Shown here in pieces: positions 23,847 through 37,855 of a DNA stretch of 64,000 nucleotides (positions are counted from its first letter, which is position 1; every line of letters starts with the position of its first letter). The position numbers and the translations under genes were made by a program. The notes under the pieces are model-generated. The model did no database searches and had not been told where the DNA came from. It saw only the letters and a program-made list of their open reading frames with translations. The stretch lies in the NCBI RefSeq assembly GCF_056746865.1, contig NZ_CM163382.1; one strand, 5' to 3'.

Positions 23847-23923
23847 GCGCCCGTAGCTCAGTTGGTTAGAGCACCACCTTGACATGGTGGGGGTCGGTGG
23901 TTCGAGTCCACTCGGACGCACCA
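23847..23923 (+). tRNA. valW: tRNA-Val (anticodon GAC), with C4 opposite A69 in the acceptor stem
   Basis: 77-nt cloverleaf GCGCCCGTAGCTCAG...CTCGGACGCACCA, 4 bp after valV; 5' strand GCGCCCG against 3' strand CGGACGC. Confidence 0.93.
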
Positions 23924-24030
23924 GATTTTCTTAATCTGGTCTTCTCCTTTTTCCCTCTGTTTCTTCTCTGTATCCAATACGTTAAAAGATTTACACTGTC
24001 TTCGTATGCGTTATCAGAAGGAGAATCGCT

Positions 24031-24336
24031 ATGGCAACTTTGTTACAACTTCATTTTGCTTTTAATGGCCCATTTGGCGACGCAATGGTTGAGCAGCTTG
24101 AACCGCTTGCTGAGTCGATTAATCAGGAACCTGGTTTTCTGTGGAAGGTATGGACAGAAAGTGAAAAGAACCACGAAGCCGGTGGGATCTACCTTTTTAC
24201 TGATGAAAAAAGCGCCCTTGCCTATCTGGAAAAACATACTGCCCGACTGAAAAATCTCGGCGTTGAGGAAGTTGTCGCCAAAGTTTTCGATGTCAATGAG
24301 CCACTTAGTCAAATCAATCAGGCAAAACTCGCCTGA
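24031..24336 (+). CDS. ydhR: Putative monooxygenase (Dabb/ActVA-Orf6-like)
   Basis: 101-aa ORF, recognised as YdhR. Confidence 0.88.
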   Translation: MATLLQLHFAFNGPFGDAMVEQLEPLAESINQEPGFLWKVWTESEKNHEAGGIYLFTDEKSALAYLEKHTARLKNLGVEEVVAKVFDVNEPLSQINQAKLA

Positions 24337-24348
24337 CAGAATTTAATC

Positions 24349-24370
24349 AAGGGCGGTTAGCGCCCTTTTC
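24349..24370 (+). terminator. Rho-independent terminator downstream of ydhR
   Basis: GGGCG-GTTAG-CGCCC followed by TTTTCATCC. Confidence 0.5.
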
Positions 24371-24461
24371 ATCCCTGTCTGAAATTTCTCAAATTCTAAA
24401 AATCTCAACCAAACTTATCTGATAACACTAAATTCGAAAGAATGCGTACAGGTAAGTAACA

Positions 24462-26066
24462 ATGAAAAAAATTGCTATTGTGGGTGCCGGGCCTACGGGG
24501 ATCTACACCTTATTCTCGCTTCTACAGCAACAAACTCCACTTTCTATTTCTATCTTCGAGCAGGCTGATGAAGCCGGTGTCGGGATGCCATACAGTGATG
24601 AGGAAAACTCAAAAATGATGCTGGCAAATATTGCCAGTATTGAAATACCGCCGATTTATTGTACGTATCTCGAATGGCTACAAAAGCAAGAAGCCAGCCA
24701 TCTCCAGCGTTATGGCGTTAAAAAAGAAACCTTGCACGATCGTCAGTTTTTACCGCGAATTCTGCTGGGCGAATATTTCCGCGATCAATTTTTACGATTA
24801 GTAGACCAGGCACGACAGCAAAAATTTGCAGTGGCTGTTTATGAATCATGCCAGGTTACCGATCTGCAAATTATAAATGCTGGCGTCATGCTCGCTACAA
24901 ATCAGGATTTACCCAGCGAGACGTTTGATTTAGCAGTGATCGCGACGGGTCACGTCTGGCCTGATGAAGAAGAAGCAACCAGAACGTATTTTCCCAGCCC
25001 GTGGTCAGGCCTGATGGAAGCAAAGGTCGATGCGTGTAACGTGGGTATTATGGGAACATCCTTGAGCGGACTAGATGCGGCAATGGCAGTGGCTATTCAG
25101 CATGGTTCGTTCATTGAAGATGATAAACAACACGTCATTTTTCACCGCGATAACGCAAGTGAAAAGCTAAATATTACGTTAATGTCGCGCACGGGTATTT
25201 TACCCGAAGCCGATTTCTATTGCCCTATTCCCTACGAGCCCTTACACATCGTCACTGATCAGGCATTAAATGCTGAGATTCAAAAAGGCGAAGAGGGCCT
25301 TTTGGATCGGGTATTTAGATTGATAGTAGAGGAAATCAAGTTTGCTGATCCAGACTGGAGCCAACGCATAGCCTTAGAGAGCCTGAATGTTGATTCCTTT
25401 GCTCAAGCCTGGTTTGCCGAGCGCAAACAACGCGACCCATTTGACTGGGCAGAAAAAAATCTCCAGGAAGTCGAACGCAATAAACGAGAAAAACATACTG
25501 TTCCCTGGCGTTATGTCATTCTGCGCCTGCATGAAGCCGTACAGGAAATTGTTCCTCATCTGAATGAACACGACCATAAACGGTTCAGTAAAGGCCTTGC
25601 CAGGGTTTTCATCGATAATTATGCGGCAATCCCTTCAGAGTCTATTCGTCGCCTACTTGCCTTACGTGAAGCGGGAATCATTCATATTCTCGCCCTCGGT
25701 GAAGACTACAAAATGGAAATTAATGAGTCGCGCACCGTCCTGAAAACGGAAGACAACAGCTACTCGTTTGACGTTTTTATTGATGCCCGCGGACAGCGTC
25801 CGCTTAAAGTGAAAGATATTCCTTTCCCTGGACTACGCGAACAATTACAGAAAACAGGGGATGAAATCCCTGATGTTGGCGAAGATTATACGTTACAGCA
25901 ACCCGAAGATATTCGTGGACGCGTAGCGTTCGGCGCGTTGCCCTGGTTGATGCACGACCAGCCTTTCGTTCAGGGACTTACGGCATGTGCAGAAATTGGT
26001 GAGGCGATGGCTCGGGCGGTCGTAAAGCCTGCATCCCGTGCTCGTCGGCGTCTTTCGTTTGATTAA
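24462..26066 (+). CDS. ydhS: FAD/NAD(P)-binding protein
   Basis: 534-aa ORF with N-terminal Rossmann motif IAIVGAGPTG. Confidence 0.88.
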   Translation: MKKIAIVGAGPTGIYTLFSLLQQQTPLSISIFEQADEAGVGMPYSDEENSKMMLANIASIEIPPIYCTYLEWLQKQEASHLQRYGVKKETLHDRQFLPRILLGEYFRDQFLRLVDQARQQKFAVAVYESCQVTDLQIINAGVMLATNQDLPSETFDLAVIATGHVWPDEEEATRTYFPSPWSGLMEAKVDACNVGIMGTSLSGLDAAMAVAIQHGSFIEDDKQHVIFHRDNASEKLNITLMSRTGILPEADFYCPIPYEPLHIVTDQALNAEIQKGEEGLLDRVFRLIVEEIKFADPDWSQRIALESLNVDSFAQAWFAERKQRDPFDWAEKNLQEVERNKREKHTVPWRYVILRLHEAVQEIVPHLNEHDHKRFSKGLARVFIDNYAAIPSESIRRLLALREAGIIHILALGEDYKMEINESRTVLKTEDNSYSFDVFIDARGQRPLKVKDIPFPGLREQLQKTGDEIPDVGEDYTLQQPEDIRGRVAFGALPWLMHDQPFVQGLTACAEIGEAMARAVVKPASRARRRLSFD

Positions 26067-26077
26067 AGGTAAAGCTA

Positions 26078-26890
26078 TCAGCACTCAACAAACTGATGCT
26101 GTTCATTAAGACGATAGCGGACTCCGGTTCGAATATTGTTTTCACCTTCAATGGCGACGGCGAAGCGAACTCTTTCGCCGTCATGATATGCCAGTGCGGC
26201 GCTTCCCCCTGGCCCGAGAATAATTGAGTCGACCACGCCCGTGCTCACTACCGTTGAATTTTCACCGCTGGCAATGATGTGTACATTGTCGCCGCTGTTG
26301 GCAATTCTGGCGTTTGCGCCAAAGCTGGCGATTTGCACCAGGTCACCATTACTGGCGACATGACATCGTTCACCCAATGTACAAACGCGTACTCGCATTC
26401 CAGTATTCGCAATCCGACTACTATCTCCAGCGCTGCTTATCCGCGAAGAATTACCGGTTACAGCAACCCGTGCGCGTTCACCGGAGCTGCCAATGTGACT
26501 GTTAAAGCCGACACTTCCAATCCGCACGCTATAACCCATACTGGCAATTTGCGCGGCATACCCAGCGGTTGCGATTCTGGCATTATCCTCACAACAGCCG
26601 ATGCGAGCGTGATCGTCGCTGCGGGCAAACTGACTGCAAAATGCTCTCTCTCCGGGATCTGTGGCCAGTTTTTGCATAGAAGAAACTTCCTGATGCGCGA
26701 AGTTTTCATCCGCCAGCCATTTTTTCCACGCATACTCAACCAGACTCTCCGCCCAGTCCGTATATCCTTCCTCAATCAGTGCATGATGAATATCGGCATA
26801 ACTACCGCCGCGTGGGAAATGGCGCAGGAACCAGCGATACATCACCGCTCCGATACGCCATTCTCGCAGGCCTGCTCGTGTAATGATCAT
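26078..26890 (-). CDS. ydhT: Uncharacterised protein, last gene of the ydhYVWXUT operon
   Basis: 270-aa ORF, recognised as YdhT. Confidence 0.85.
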   Translation of the reverse strand: MIITRAGLREWRIGAVMYRWFLRHFPRGGSYADIHHALIEEGYTDWAESLVEYAWKKWLADENFAHQEVSSMQKLATDPGERAFCSQFARSDDHARIGCCEDNARIATAGYAAQIASMGYSVRIGSVGFNSHIGSSGERARVAVTGNSSRISSAGDSSRIANTGMRVRVCTLGERCHVASNGDLVQIASFGANARIANSGDNVHIIASGENSTVVSTGVVDSIILGPGGSAALAYHDGERVRFAVAIEGENNIRTGVRYRLNEQHQFVEC

Positions 26891-26893
26891 TCG

Positions 26894-27679
26894 TTAGTGC
26901 CGGTGATAGCCATCGACCATGCTTTTAAAGGTTTCGTGTGGCGTACGCCCCGTGGTGCAAAGATAAAGATGACCGAAGATAAAAAAGAGGCTTATAAATG
27001 CCAGAGCAAAATGCGCCTGCAATAACCAGTATCTTACGCCAGGAAACACATCTCCCACGGCTTGCGGATAGAGACACAGCAGCCCCGTCAATAGTAACAA
27101 CGGCAGCAATCCAAACATGACACCAATATAGGCAACCTGCTGTAAGGGATTAAATTTAGACTGGGTTGTTGCCGGGAAAGGATGTTCTTCCCCCTGCATA
27201 ATGCCAAACAAATAAAATCGCGTTTGTTTTGCCGCTCGCTCCAGCCAACCCTGACGACGAATGCGATAGTGGTGACCATTACCCCCAACGGCATTGATCA
27301 GAACAAAGCCGAGCCAGCATGCCAGTAACAAAAATCCGCAAACTTCATGCAACGCAACCAGACTTTTAACCGCAGTTGCGCCCACCAGCGCAAAGTGATT
27401 TATCAGCCCACTTGCCAGCAACAATACAAAGAGTAACGCATTCGACCAGTGCCATAATCTGACCGCTTTGCTGTAAAGATAAATCTTCTCACCATGATCG
27501 GTGGCTGATTTCTTCACGCCACGAGCACGAAGCAAGGCATGCAGCCCCAGCACCAACCACATCCCAACCAGCAATAGTCCGGCAATGATCAACCACACCG
27601 GCCAAAATTCGGGAGTGAATTGTGGCACATAGTTCGCCAACTGGCTCTGAAACTGTTCAGCATGTTGCGACGGGTTCAT
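26894..27679 (-). CDS. ydhU: Integral membrane cytochrome b-like subunit (PhsC/NrfD-like)
   Basis: 261-aa hydrophobic ORF; 4-nt overlap with ydhX. Confidence 0.85.
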   Translation of the reverse strand: MNPSQHAEQFQSQLANYVPQFTPEFWPVWLIIAGLLLVGMWLVLGLHALLRARGVKKSATDHGEKIYLYSKAVRLWHWSNALLFVLLLASGLINHFALVGATAVKSLVALHEVCGFLLLACWLGFVLINAVGGNGHHYRIRRQGWLERAAKQTRFYLFGIMQGEEHPFPATTQSKFNPLQQVAYIGVMFGLLPLLLLTGLLCLYPQAVGDVFPGVRYWLLQAHFALAFISLFFIFGHLYLCTTGRTPHETFKSMVDGYHRH

Positions 27680-28344
27680 ACATTTTCCTTTTTAATCAAA
27701 TGTTGACCGAATCGGCGATACAGATGCGGTTTCCCGGCACCAGGTAGCTGATATTGATAGTATTTATTTTCCTGCAACCACGCCTGAATTTCTGGGCTAT
27801 CTTCGCGACCAAAGATCAATGCATGTTCCGGACAGGCGCTGACGCAAATGGGCGGAAAGCCTTTTGCCAGTCGGGACTCAGCGCAGAAATCACATTTATC
27901 TGCCACTTTAGTGACAGGGTTAAGGTAGCGAACCTGGTAAGGACAAGCGCCAATGCAATAACTGCAGCCGATGCACTGCGATTTTTCTACCCGCACGATC
28001 CCCTGCTCATCACGCCACGACGCCCCTGTCGGGCATACGTCGATGCAAGGAGCATCTTCACAGTGCTGGCATGACTGGCGAAAATAGTGATACTGCGTTT
28101 CGTTGTCGTTATCGGTGACTGGAATGTGTGCTATCGATAAACGGCTTCCCTGAGCGGGGACGTGGTTAGTTTTACGGCATGCGCGGGCGCAAATATTACA
28201 GCCATTGCACCGTGACTCGTCATGAATCATGGCATACCGAACTTTCTTTTCTTGCCTCGTGTTCGCTAACAGAGAAGACGCAGAACCAGTAAAAAAGATT
28301 ACTGTTCCCATCCCCAGAACAAATTTGCGTCGAGTGAAGGACAT
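27676..28344 (-). CDS. ydhX: Tat-exported 4Fe-4S ferredoxin-like protein
   Basis: Start chosen at internal ATG (MSFTRRKFVLGMG twin-arginine signal); multiple CxxCxxCxxxCP clusters; 222 aa. Confidence 0.85.
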   Translation of the reverse strand: MSFTRRKFVLGMGTVIFFTGSASSLLANTRQEKKVRYAMIHDESRCNGCNICARACRKTNHVPAQGSRLSIAHIPVTDNDNETQYHYFRQSCQHCEDAPCIDVCPTGASWRDEQGIVRVEKSQCIGCSYCIGACPYQVRYLNPVTKVADKCDFCAESRLAKGFPPICVSACPEHALIFGREDSPEIQAWLQENKYYQYQLPGAGKPHLYRRFGQHLIKKENV

Positions 28345-28407
28345 CTGATTATCCCCTAATGCAGTGGCTGCAACTGTCCACCCTATCCATGACATCTCCC
28401 TGAAATT

Positions 28408-29055
28408 TCAGGGGTTCTGAAACTGCTCTACCTCAAACCATTCGCATAAGCCATACGCCTTGCCATAGGTCATAAATCGCTCGCTAAACAAGTACAACAC
28501 CGCCGTCGATGACTCCACCTGCCGTATATCAGCATATTCAGGTGCAATATCCATCGCGGCGATCGCGGCTTCGATCTGCGCTTCCTGGAAGTAATATGGC
28601 GCTTGCATCAGCATGGCGACTTTGTAAGGACGAGGATACGTCTGGCACTCAAAACGAACGGCGTGTGCAATGGCGCGACAAATGTCCTGCTCCACAACTT
28701 GCAAAGACATCGCCGCGTAGTTTTCACTCATGGCCTGCGTTGAGTAATAGTAATCATCCTGGCTTCCCGTCAAACAAGCGATATCCGCGTGGTCTCCGTT
28801 CTGCTTAATGCTTTCCAGCAAAACTGACAGTTCCTCTTCTGCAACCGAATAGGGTGGCGAGAGAAACACGGCGCGCGCCACCAGCTGCCCAGCAGCAGAA
28901 TGCTGACGAATGAACTCTGCCAGGATTTCAGCAGGTTCTGGTTCGGTTACCGTATCAACGGGGTGACGCATCCCCTGCAACCATTGCCGCTTCGCCTCGT
29001 CAATTTCGCTGACTTCCGCTAACGGCAATTCATCCTGATGGTTCATCTCACCCAT
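28408..29055 (-). CDS. ydhW: Uncharacterised protein of the ydhYVWXUT operon
   Basis: 215-aa ORF, recognised as YdhW. Confidence 0.85.
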   Translation of the reverse strand: MGEMNHQDELPLAEVSEIDEAKRQWLQGMRHPVDTVTEPEPAEILAEFIRQHSAAGQLVARAVFLSPPYSVAEEELSVLLESIKQNGDHADIACLTGSQDDYYYSTQAMSENYAAMSLQVVEQDICRAIAHAVRFECQTYPRPYKVAMLMQAPYYFQEAQIEAAIAAMDIAPEYADIRQVESSTAVLYLFSERFMTYGKAYGLCEWFEVEQFQNP

Positions 29056-29058
29056 TCC

Positions 29059-31808
<2,750 letters not shown>

Positions 31809-32009
31809 TTATTTCGCATCCTCTTCGCAAACACAGTGCTGACAATTCAGCAGACTGATATTAAGCATTCAACTAATACGCTGCTGACTCTGTCCCCAAC
31901 ACCAGATATTTTCCCTAACCCGATAGTGTATGAGAAAAGATTTAACGCTGATAAACTAATCCTTTATGGTTAGGAGAAAAAATAATGTGATTATTCTGGG
32001 CCCTTAACA

Positions 32010-32023
32010 TTGATCGTTATCAA
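32010..32023. promoter_or_regulatory. FNR-binding site upstream of ydhY
   Basis: TTGATCGTTATCAA matches the FNR consensus TTGAT-N4-ATCAA exactly, in the AT-rich ydhY-fumD intergenic region. Confidence 0.6.
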
Positions 32024-32263
32024 TTAAAATCACAAAGCAAGAAATTATAAGTGAACTGATATTTATTATCATTTGAAATAAATTTAACTTAAGCGACAAT
32101 TATTTGTGACGTTCATTGCAGAAAATAAAAATAACATTATCGTTATAAATTAAAATACATACCGAAATTCGTATAATTTCAGCAGTTGTTATTTAGAATG
32201 ATTAACTTGACCGCAACTGAAGCAAGAATATCAGGATGAAGCTTACCGCCTCATCCTGAATGG

Positions 32264-32473
32264 TCATTTTACCAGTGCGTTAATGACGGTTTCCATCGCC
32301 TGCTTTTCCAGCTCACTGCGCTGAATGCGTTTATTGGCTAATGCTGTACGTAATACGCCTGCGATAACAATATGCTTTGGTTCCTGCCCCAGATCGCGCA
32401 TTTCCAGCACAACTTTACCGACAACTCTGCACATTTCTCGGTACAGTTCATCCTCTTTTGTCCGATTTCCCAT
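32264..32473 (-). CDS. fumD: Fumarase D (small, 69 aa)
   Basis: 69-aa ORF MGNRTKEDELYREMCRVVGK..., recognised as YdhZ/FumD. Confidence 0.85.
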   Translation of the reverse strand: MGNRTKEDELYREMCRVVGKVVLEMRDLGQEPKHIVIAGVLRTALANKRIQRSELEKQAMETVINALVK

Positions 32474-33029
32474 TCTTTATACCTATTTATCATGCCAACT
32501 ATCAGCATATATCAATCTAACCAATTAGACAAAAATCAAACAAAATCAGACAAATAACGCGATAAATTATTTTAACTGTAGCAATTGAGCGATGATGTAT
32601 TTATACACCGGATGAACTTTCACTTATCTTCACAGTGACAACCCCGGCACCAGACGTTGCGCAAACAGCGAAGTTTTTGCGTAACCTTTTCCCTGGAACG
32701 TTAAATCTTTGATAACAATTTATTGTCTTACAAGTTGTATATTTTTTGAAACGCTGTTTTTGTTTTCCTTTTGGATTAATTTCAGCGTATAATGCGCGCC
32801 AATTGACTCTTGAATGGTTTCAGCACTTTGGACTGTAGAACTCAACGACTCAAAAACAGGCACTCACGTTGGGCTGAGACACAAGCACACATTCCTCTGC
32901 ACGCTTTTTCGATGTCACCTATCCTTAGAGCGAGGCACCACCACTTTCGTAATACCGGATTCGCTTTCCGGCAGTGCGCCCAGAAAGCAAGTTTCTCCCA
33001 TCCTTCTCAACTTAAAGACTAAGACTGTC

Positions 33030-34442
33030 ATGAAAAAGACCAAAATTGTTTGCACCATCGGACCGAAAACCGAATCTGAAGAGATGTTAGCTAAAATGCT
33101 GGACGCTGGCATGAACGTTATGCGTCTGAACTTCTCTCATGGTGACTATGCAGAACACGGTCAGCGCATTCAGAATCTGCGCAACGTGATGAGCAAAACT
33201 GGTAAAACCGCCGCTATCCTGCTTGATACCAAAGGTCCGGAAATCCGCACCATGAAACTGGAAGGCGGTAACGACGTTTCTCTGAAAGCGGGTCAGACCT
33301 TTACTTTCACCACTGATAAATCTGTTATCGGCAACAGCGAAATGGTTGCGGTAACGTATGAAGGTTTCACAACTGACCTGTCTGTTGGCAACACCGTACT
33401 GGTTGACGATGGTCTGATCGGTATGGAAGTTACTGCCATTGAAGGTAACAAAGTTATCTGTAAAGTGCTGAACAACGGCGACCTGGGTGAAAACAAAGGT
33501 GTGAACCTGCCTGGCGTTTCCATTGCCCTGCCAGCACTGGCTGAAAAAGACAAACAGGACCTGATCTTTGGTTGCGAACAAGGCGTAGACTTTGTCGCTG
33601 CTTCCTTTATTCGTAAGCGTTCTGACGTTATCGAAATCCGTGAGCACCTGAAAGCGCACGGCGGCGAAAACATCCACATCATCTCCAAAATCGAAAACCA
33701 GGAAGGCCTCAACAACTTCGACGAAATCCTCGAAGCCTCTGACGGCATCATGGTTGCGCGTGGCGACCTGGGTGTAGAAATCCCGGTAGAAGAAGTTATC
33801 TTCGCCCAGAAGATGATGATCGAAAAATGTATCCGTGCACGTAAAGTCGTTATCACTGCGACCCAGATGCTGGATTCCATGATCAAAAACCCACGCCCGA
33901 CTCGCGCAGAAGCCGGTGACGTTGCAAACGCCATCCTCGACGGTACTGACGCAGTGATGCTGTCTGGTGAATCCGCAAAAGGTAAATACCCGCTGGAAGC
34001 GGTTTCTATCATGGCGACCATCTGCGAACGTACCGACCGCGTGATGAACAGCCGTCTCGAGTTCAACAATGACAACCGTAAACTGCGCATTACCGAAGCG
34101 GTATGCCGTGGTGCCGTTGAAACTGCTGAAAAACTGGATGCCCCGCTGATCGTGGTTGCTACCCAGGGCGGTAAATCTGCTCGCGCAGTACGTAAATACT
34201 TCCCGGATGCCACCATCCTGGCACTGACCACCAACGAAAAAACGGCTCATCAGTTGGTACTGAGCAAAGGCGTTGTGCCGCAGCTGGTTAAAGAGATCAC
34301 TTCTACTGATGATTTCTACCGTCTGGGTAAAGAACTGGCTCTGCAGAGCGGTCTGGCACACAAAGGTGACGTCGTAGTTATGGTTTCTGGTGCACTGGTA
34401 CCGAGCGGCACTACTAACACCGCATCTGTTCACGTCCTGTAA
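33030..34442 (+). CDS. pykF: Pyruvate kinase I (fructose-1,6-bisphosphate activated)
   Basis: ORF 32814..34442 trimmed to ATG at 33030 ([38 protein letters not shown]), giving 470 aa. Confidence 0.96.
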
Positions 34443-34472
34443 TATTGCTTTTGTGAATTAATTTGTATATCG

Positions 34473-34498
34473 AAGCGCCCTGATGGGCGCTTTTTTTA
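34473..34498 (+). terminator. Rho-independent terminator of pykF
   Basis: AGCGCCC-TGAT-GGGCGCT followed by TTTTTTTATT. Confidence 0.75.
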
Positions 34499-34678
34499 TT
34501 TAATCGATAACCAGAAGCAATAAAAAATCAAATCGGATTTCACTATATAATCTCACTTTATCTAAGATGAATCCGATGGAAGCATCCTGTTTTCTCTCAA
34601 TTTTTTTATCTAAAACCCAGCGTTCGATGCTTCTTTGAGCGAACGATCAAAAATAAGTGCCTTCCCATCAAAAAAATA

Positions 34679-34707
34679 TTCTCAACATAAAAAACTTTGT
34701 GTAATAC
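34679..34707 (+). promoter_or_regulatory. Candidate lpp sigma70 promoter
   Basis: TTCTCA (-35), 17-bp spacer, TAATAC (-10), about 45 bp upstream of the lpp ATG; AT-rich UP-like region upstream. Confidence 0.5.
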
Positions 34708-34740
34708 TTGTAACGCTACATGGAGATTAACTCAATCTAG

Positions 34741-34989
<249 letters not shown>

Positions 34990-35004
34990 TAGTACCTGTG
35001 AAGT

Positions 35005-35037
35005 GAAAAATGGCGCACATTGTGCGCCATTTTTTTT
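35005..35037 (+). terminator. lpp rho-independent terminator
   Basis: AAAAATGGCGCACA-TTG-TGCGCCATTTTTTTT: hairpin flanked by an A-run and a T-run. Confidence 0.85.
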
Positions 35038-35052
35038 GCCTGCCATTTACCG

Positions 35053-36057
35053 CTACTGCGTCGCGCGTAACATATTCCCTTGCTCTGGTTCACCATTCTG
35101 CGCTGACTCTACTGAAGGCGCATTGCTGGCTGCGGGAGTTGCTCCACTGCTCACCGAAACCGGATACCCTGCCCGACGATACAACGCTTTATCGACTAAT
35201 TTCTGATCTACACCCTTATTGTCTTTAAATTGCGTAAAGCCTGCTGGCAGTGTGTATGGCATTGTCTGAACGTTCTGCTGTTCTTCTGCCGATAGTGGTC
35301 GATGTACTTCAACATAACGCATCCCGTTCGGTTCCACGGAATATTTCACCGGTTCGTTGATCACTTTCACCGGCGTTCCCGTCCGCACGCTGGAGAACAA
35401 GGCTTTAATATCCGGTGCATTCATGCGAATACACCCTGAACTGACGCGCAAACCGACGCTGTCCGGCGCACTGGTGCCATGAATGAGGTATTCGCCATTA
35501 CCATGCGCGAGGCGCAGTGCGTAACGTCCTAGCGGGTTATTTGGCCCGGCAGGAACGACTGGCGGTAATTTAATGCCACGCTCCAAAGAACGCTGACGAA
35601 TGCCCGCCGTAGGCGTCCAGGTTGGGTTAGGGATTTTCTGCCCCACACGCGTTTCCATCACTGGCGTTTCCAGCCCCTGCAAACCAATACCTATCGGATA
35701 GACCTGCACGATATTTTCTCCCGGCGGATAATAATAAAGGCGCAGCTCTGCAAGGTTAACGATAATCCCCTGACGCGGCGCATCAGGTAATAACAGTTGC
35801 GAAGGAATAGTTATCGTCGTACCAGGTTTTGGCACCGGGGCGATAGTGTTATTGGCTTCAAGGATCAACATTGCCGCAGTATCAAAACGTCGGGCGATGG
35901 CCTGAAGGTTTTTATCCCCTTCCTGCACCGTATACGTTTGATTTTGCCCAACCAGTCGGCTTCCGGTTGGAGGTAGCGGATAATCAACCGCCCAGGCAGC
36001 CTGGATGGCGCTAAAAGCGCCGATAAGCGTGAGTGTAAGCAAAGACGCGCGTTTCAT
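35053..36057 (-). CDS. ldtE: L,D-transpeptidase (LysM plus YkuD domains)
   Basis: 334-aa ORF with signal peptide and catalytic Cys motif (SSGCIRM). Confidence 0.92.
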   Translation of the reverse strand: MKRASLLTLTLIGAFSAIQAAWAVDYPLPPTGSRLVGQNQTYTVQEGDKNLQAIARRFDTAAMLILEANNTIAPVPKPGTTITIPSQLLLPDAPRQGIIVNLAELRLYYYPPGENIVQVYPIGIGLQGLETPVMETRVGQKIPNPTWTPTAGIRQRSLERGIKLPPVVPAGPNNPLGRYALRLAHGNGEYLIHGTSAPDSVGLRVSSGCIRMNAPDIKALFSSVRTGTPVKVINEPVKYSVEPNGMRYVEVHRPLSAEEQQNVQTMPYTLPAGFTQFKDNKGVDQKLVDKALYRRAGYPVSVSSGATPAASNAPSVESAQNGEPEQGNMLRATQ

Positions 36058-36205
36058 TGTAAACCTCCTGTATTTGCCGGAGACTCACGCTGAAACGTCG
36101 GATGGCGCTTATGTTCACCTGAAACCAAAACACTCCTGTGCAGGTCAGTGTAAACATTGACCATCCGGCAATGTGAGCCAACCGGATGAAAGCTGTTCCT
36201 TTAGT

Positions 36206-36622
36206 TTAGCTAAGTGCAGCGGCTTTGGCGCGAATTGCGCGAATCATCGCTTCCAGACCTTGTGAACGAGATGGGGTGAGATGTTGAGTGAGCGCCATTT
36301 TTTCAAACCACGGACGCACATCGAAATTGACAATATCCTGCGGCGTCATCTGATCGTAGAGAATAAAGACGACCGCAATAAGCCCTTTCACAATCGCCGC
36401 ATCGCTGTCGCCCTGCAATTTAATAATTCCCTGCGCATTCTGGCGCATGACAATCCACACCTGACTCTGGCAGCCCTGAATGCTATTTTGTGAGCTTCTG
36501 TCTTCGTCGCGTAATTCTGGCAGACGCTGGCCCAGCTCAATAATGTAGAGATATTTCTCTTCCCAGTTGGCGCAGCGTAAAAAATTACGCAGCAATTTTT
36601 CTTTATCCGGCAATAAAGCCAT
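36206..36622 (-). CDS. sufE: Cysteine desulfuration protein SufE
   Basis: 138-aa ORF; suf operon order. Confidence 0.95.
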   Translation of the reverse strand: MALLPDKEKLLRNFLRCANWEEKYLYIIELGQRLPELRDEDRSSQNSIQGCQSQVWIVMRQNAQGIIKLQGDSDAAIVKGLIAVVFILYDQMTPQDIVNFDVRPWFEKMALTQHLTPSRSQGLEAMIRAIRAKAAALS

Positions 36623-36634
36623 AGTGCCTCCCTG

Positions 36635-37855
36635 TTATCCCAGCAGACGGTGAATACGTTGCAGGCCGGTCACCAGACGATCCACTTCTTCATGGGTGTT
36701 ATACATGGCCAGCGACGCCCGACACATGGCAGGAACGTTGTAATAGGCCATTAATGGCATAGCGCAGTGATGTCCGGTACGCACAGCAATGCCGTAATTA
36801 TCGAGAAAACTGCCAACATCATAGGCGTGGTGTTTACCAAGATTAAAAGCAATAACGCCAAGTCTGTTCTGGGGACCATAGAGAGTGAGATCCGGTACAG
36901 ATTCCAGCTGTGATAGCGCGTAGTGCATCAGATTCTGTTCATACTCGGCTATATTATTAAGCCCCAGCGCCGACACATACTCCAGCGCCGCGCCAAGACC
37001 AATGATGCCCCCGGTATTGGGTGTACCGGCTTCAAACCGCCAAGGTGCTTTGGTCCAGGTAGTGCCTTCACTCAGGCTGACGGTGGCGATCATAGAACCG
37101 CCCCCTTCCCACGGCGGCATCTCCTGCAACAAGGCTTCTTTGACATAAAGAATGCCAATCCCAGTGGGGCCATACAGTTTATGCCCGGAGAACACGTAAA
37201 AATCGCAATCCAGCGCCTGAACGTCCACCGGATGATGCATCACCGCCTGAGCGCCATCCACCAGTACTTTTGTGCCATGCTGATGCGCAAGCGTGATCAT
37301 TTCCGCCAGCGGATTTTCCGTTCCCAGCACGTTGGAGACATGAGTAATTGCCAGCAGGCGAGTTTTCTCATCAAACAGCGTAGGTAGCGTCTCCAGTTGC
37401 GACGTACCGTCGGGATTGAGCGGGATCACACGCAGCTCTGCGCCAACGCGTGCGCAAAGCATCTGCCAGGGAACAATGTTAGCGTGGTGCTCCATCTGAC
37501 TGATGATGATGTTATCGCCCGCCCGCACATTGCTGTTACCCCAGCTATTGGCGACCAGATTGATCCCTTCCGTCGTGCCGCGGACGAACACCAGCTCTTC
37601 CGCCGAACGGGCATTAATAAACAGCGATGCCCGCTTGCGCACGTTCTCCATTTTCTCGGTCGCCTGGGCGCTTAAGGTATGAATACCGCGATGCACCGCC
37701 GCGTAGCCATGACGATAAAACTCGGCCTCGGCGTCAATCACCTGGCTCGGTTTCTGTGCACTGGCGGCGCTGTCGAGATAAGCCAGCGGCAAACCGTTTA
37801 CCTCACGCGAAAGCACCGGAAAGTCGGCCCGCACTTTGTCGACGGAAAAAGTCAT
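36635..37855 (-). CDS. sufS: Cysteine desulfurase SufS (PLP-dependent)
   Basis: 406-aa ORF, class V aminotransferase fold; 4-nt overlap with sufD. Confidence 0.96.
   Translation of the reverse strand: MTFSVDKVRADFPVLSREVNGLPLAYLDSAASAQKPSQVIDAEAEFYRHGYAAVHRGIHTLSAQATEKMENVRKRASLFINARSAEELVFVRGTTEGINLVANSWGNSNVRAGDNIIISQMEHHANIVPWQMLCARVGAELRVIPLNPDGTSQLETLPTLFDEKTRLLAITHVSNVLGTENPLAEMITLAHQHGTKVLVDGAQAVMHHPVDVQALDCDFYVFSGHKLYGPTGIGILYVKEALLQEMPPWEGGGSMIATVSLSEGTTWTKAPWRFEAGTPNTGGIIGLGAALEYVSALGLNNIAEYEQNLMHYALSQLESVPDLTLYGPQNRLGVIAFNLGKHHAYDVGSFLDNYGIAVRTGHHCAMPLMAYYNVPAMCRASLAMYNTHEEVDRLVTGLQRIHRLLG

Noticed and set aside
26279-27025. 248-aa plus-strand ORF overlapping ydhT and ydhU
   Set aside because: Antisense to the ydhYVWXUT operon genes; no independent coding signal.
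31809-32263. 455-bp AT-rich ydhY-fumD intergenic region as a possible horizontally acquired segment or hidden small gene
   Set aside because: No ORF with coding signal; the AT-richness fits a regulated promoter region (the FNR site is here) and a fumD terminator hairpin at about 32231-32259.
32814-33029. Long N-terminal extensions offered by the ORF track for pykF, and similarly for sodC, ydhX, ydhV, sufB, ydiH, ydiL, ydiO and ydiQ
   Set aside because: In each case an internal ATG gives the known protein N-terminus, a better RBS or signal peptide and the expected length; the extensions run through promoter or leader sequence.
33087-34433. 448-aa ORF on the minus strand (plus a 313-aa one at 33293-34234) antisense to pykF
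   Set aside because: Fully contained within and opposite to the highly conserved pykF CDS; low-complexity translation with no recognisable domains; typical antisense open frame produced by codon bias.
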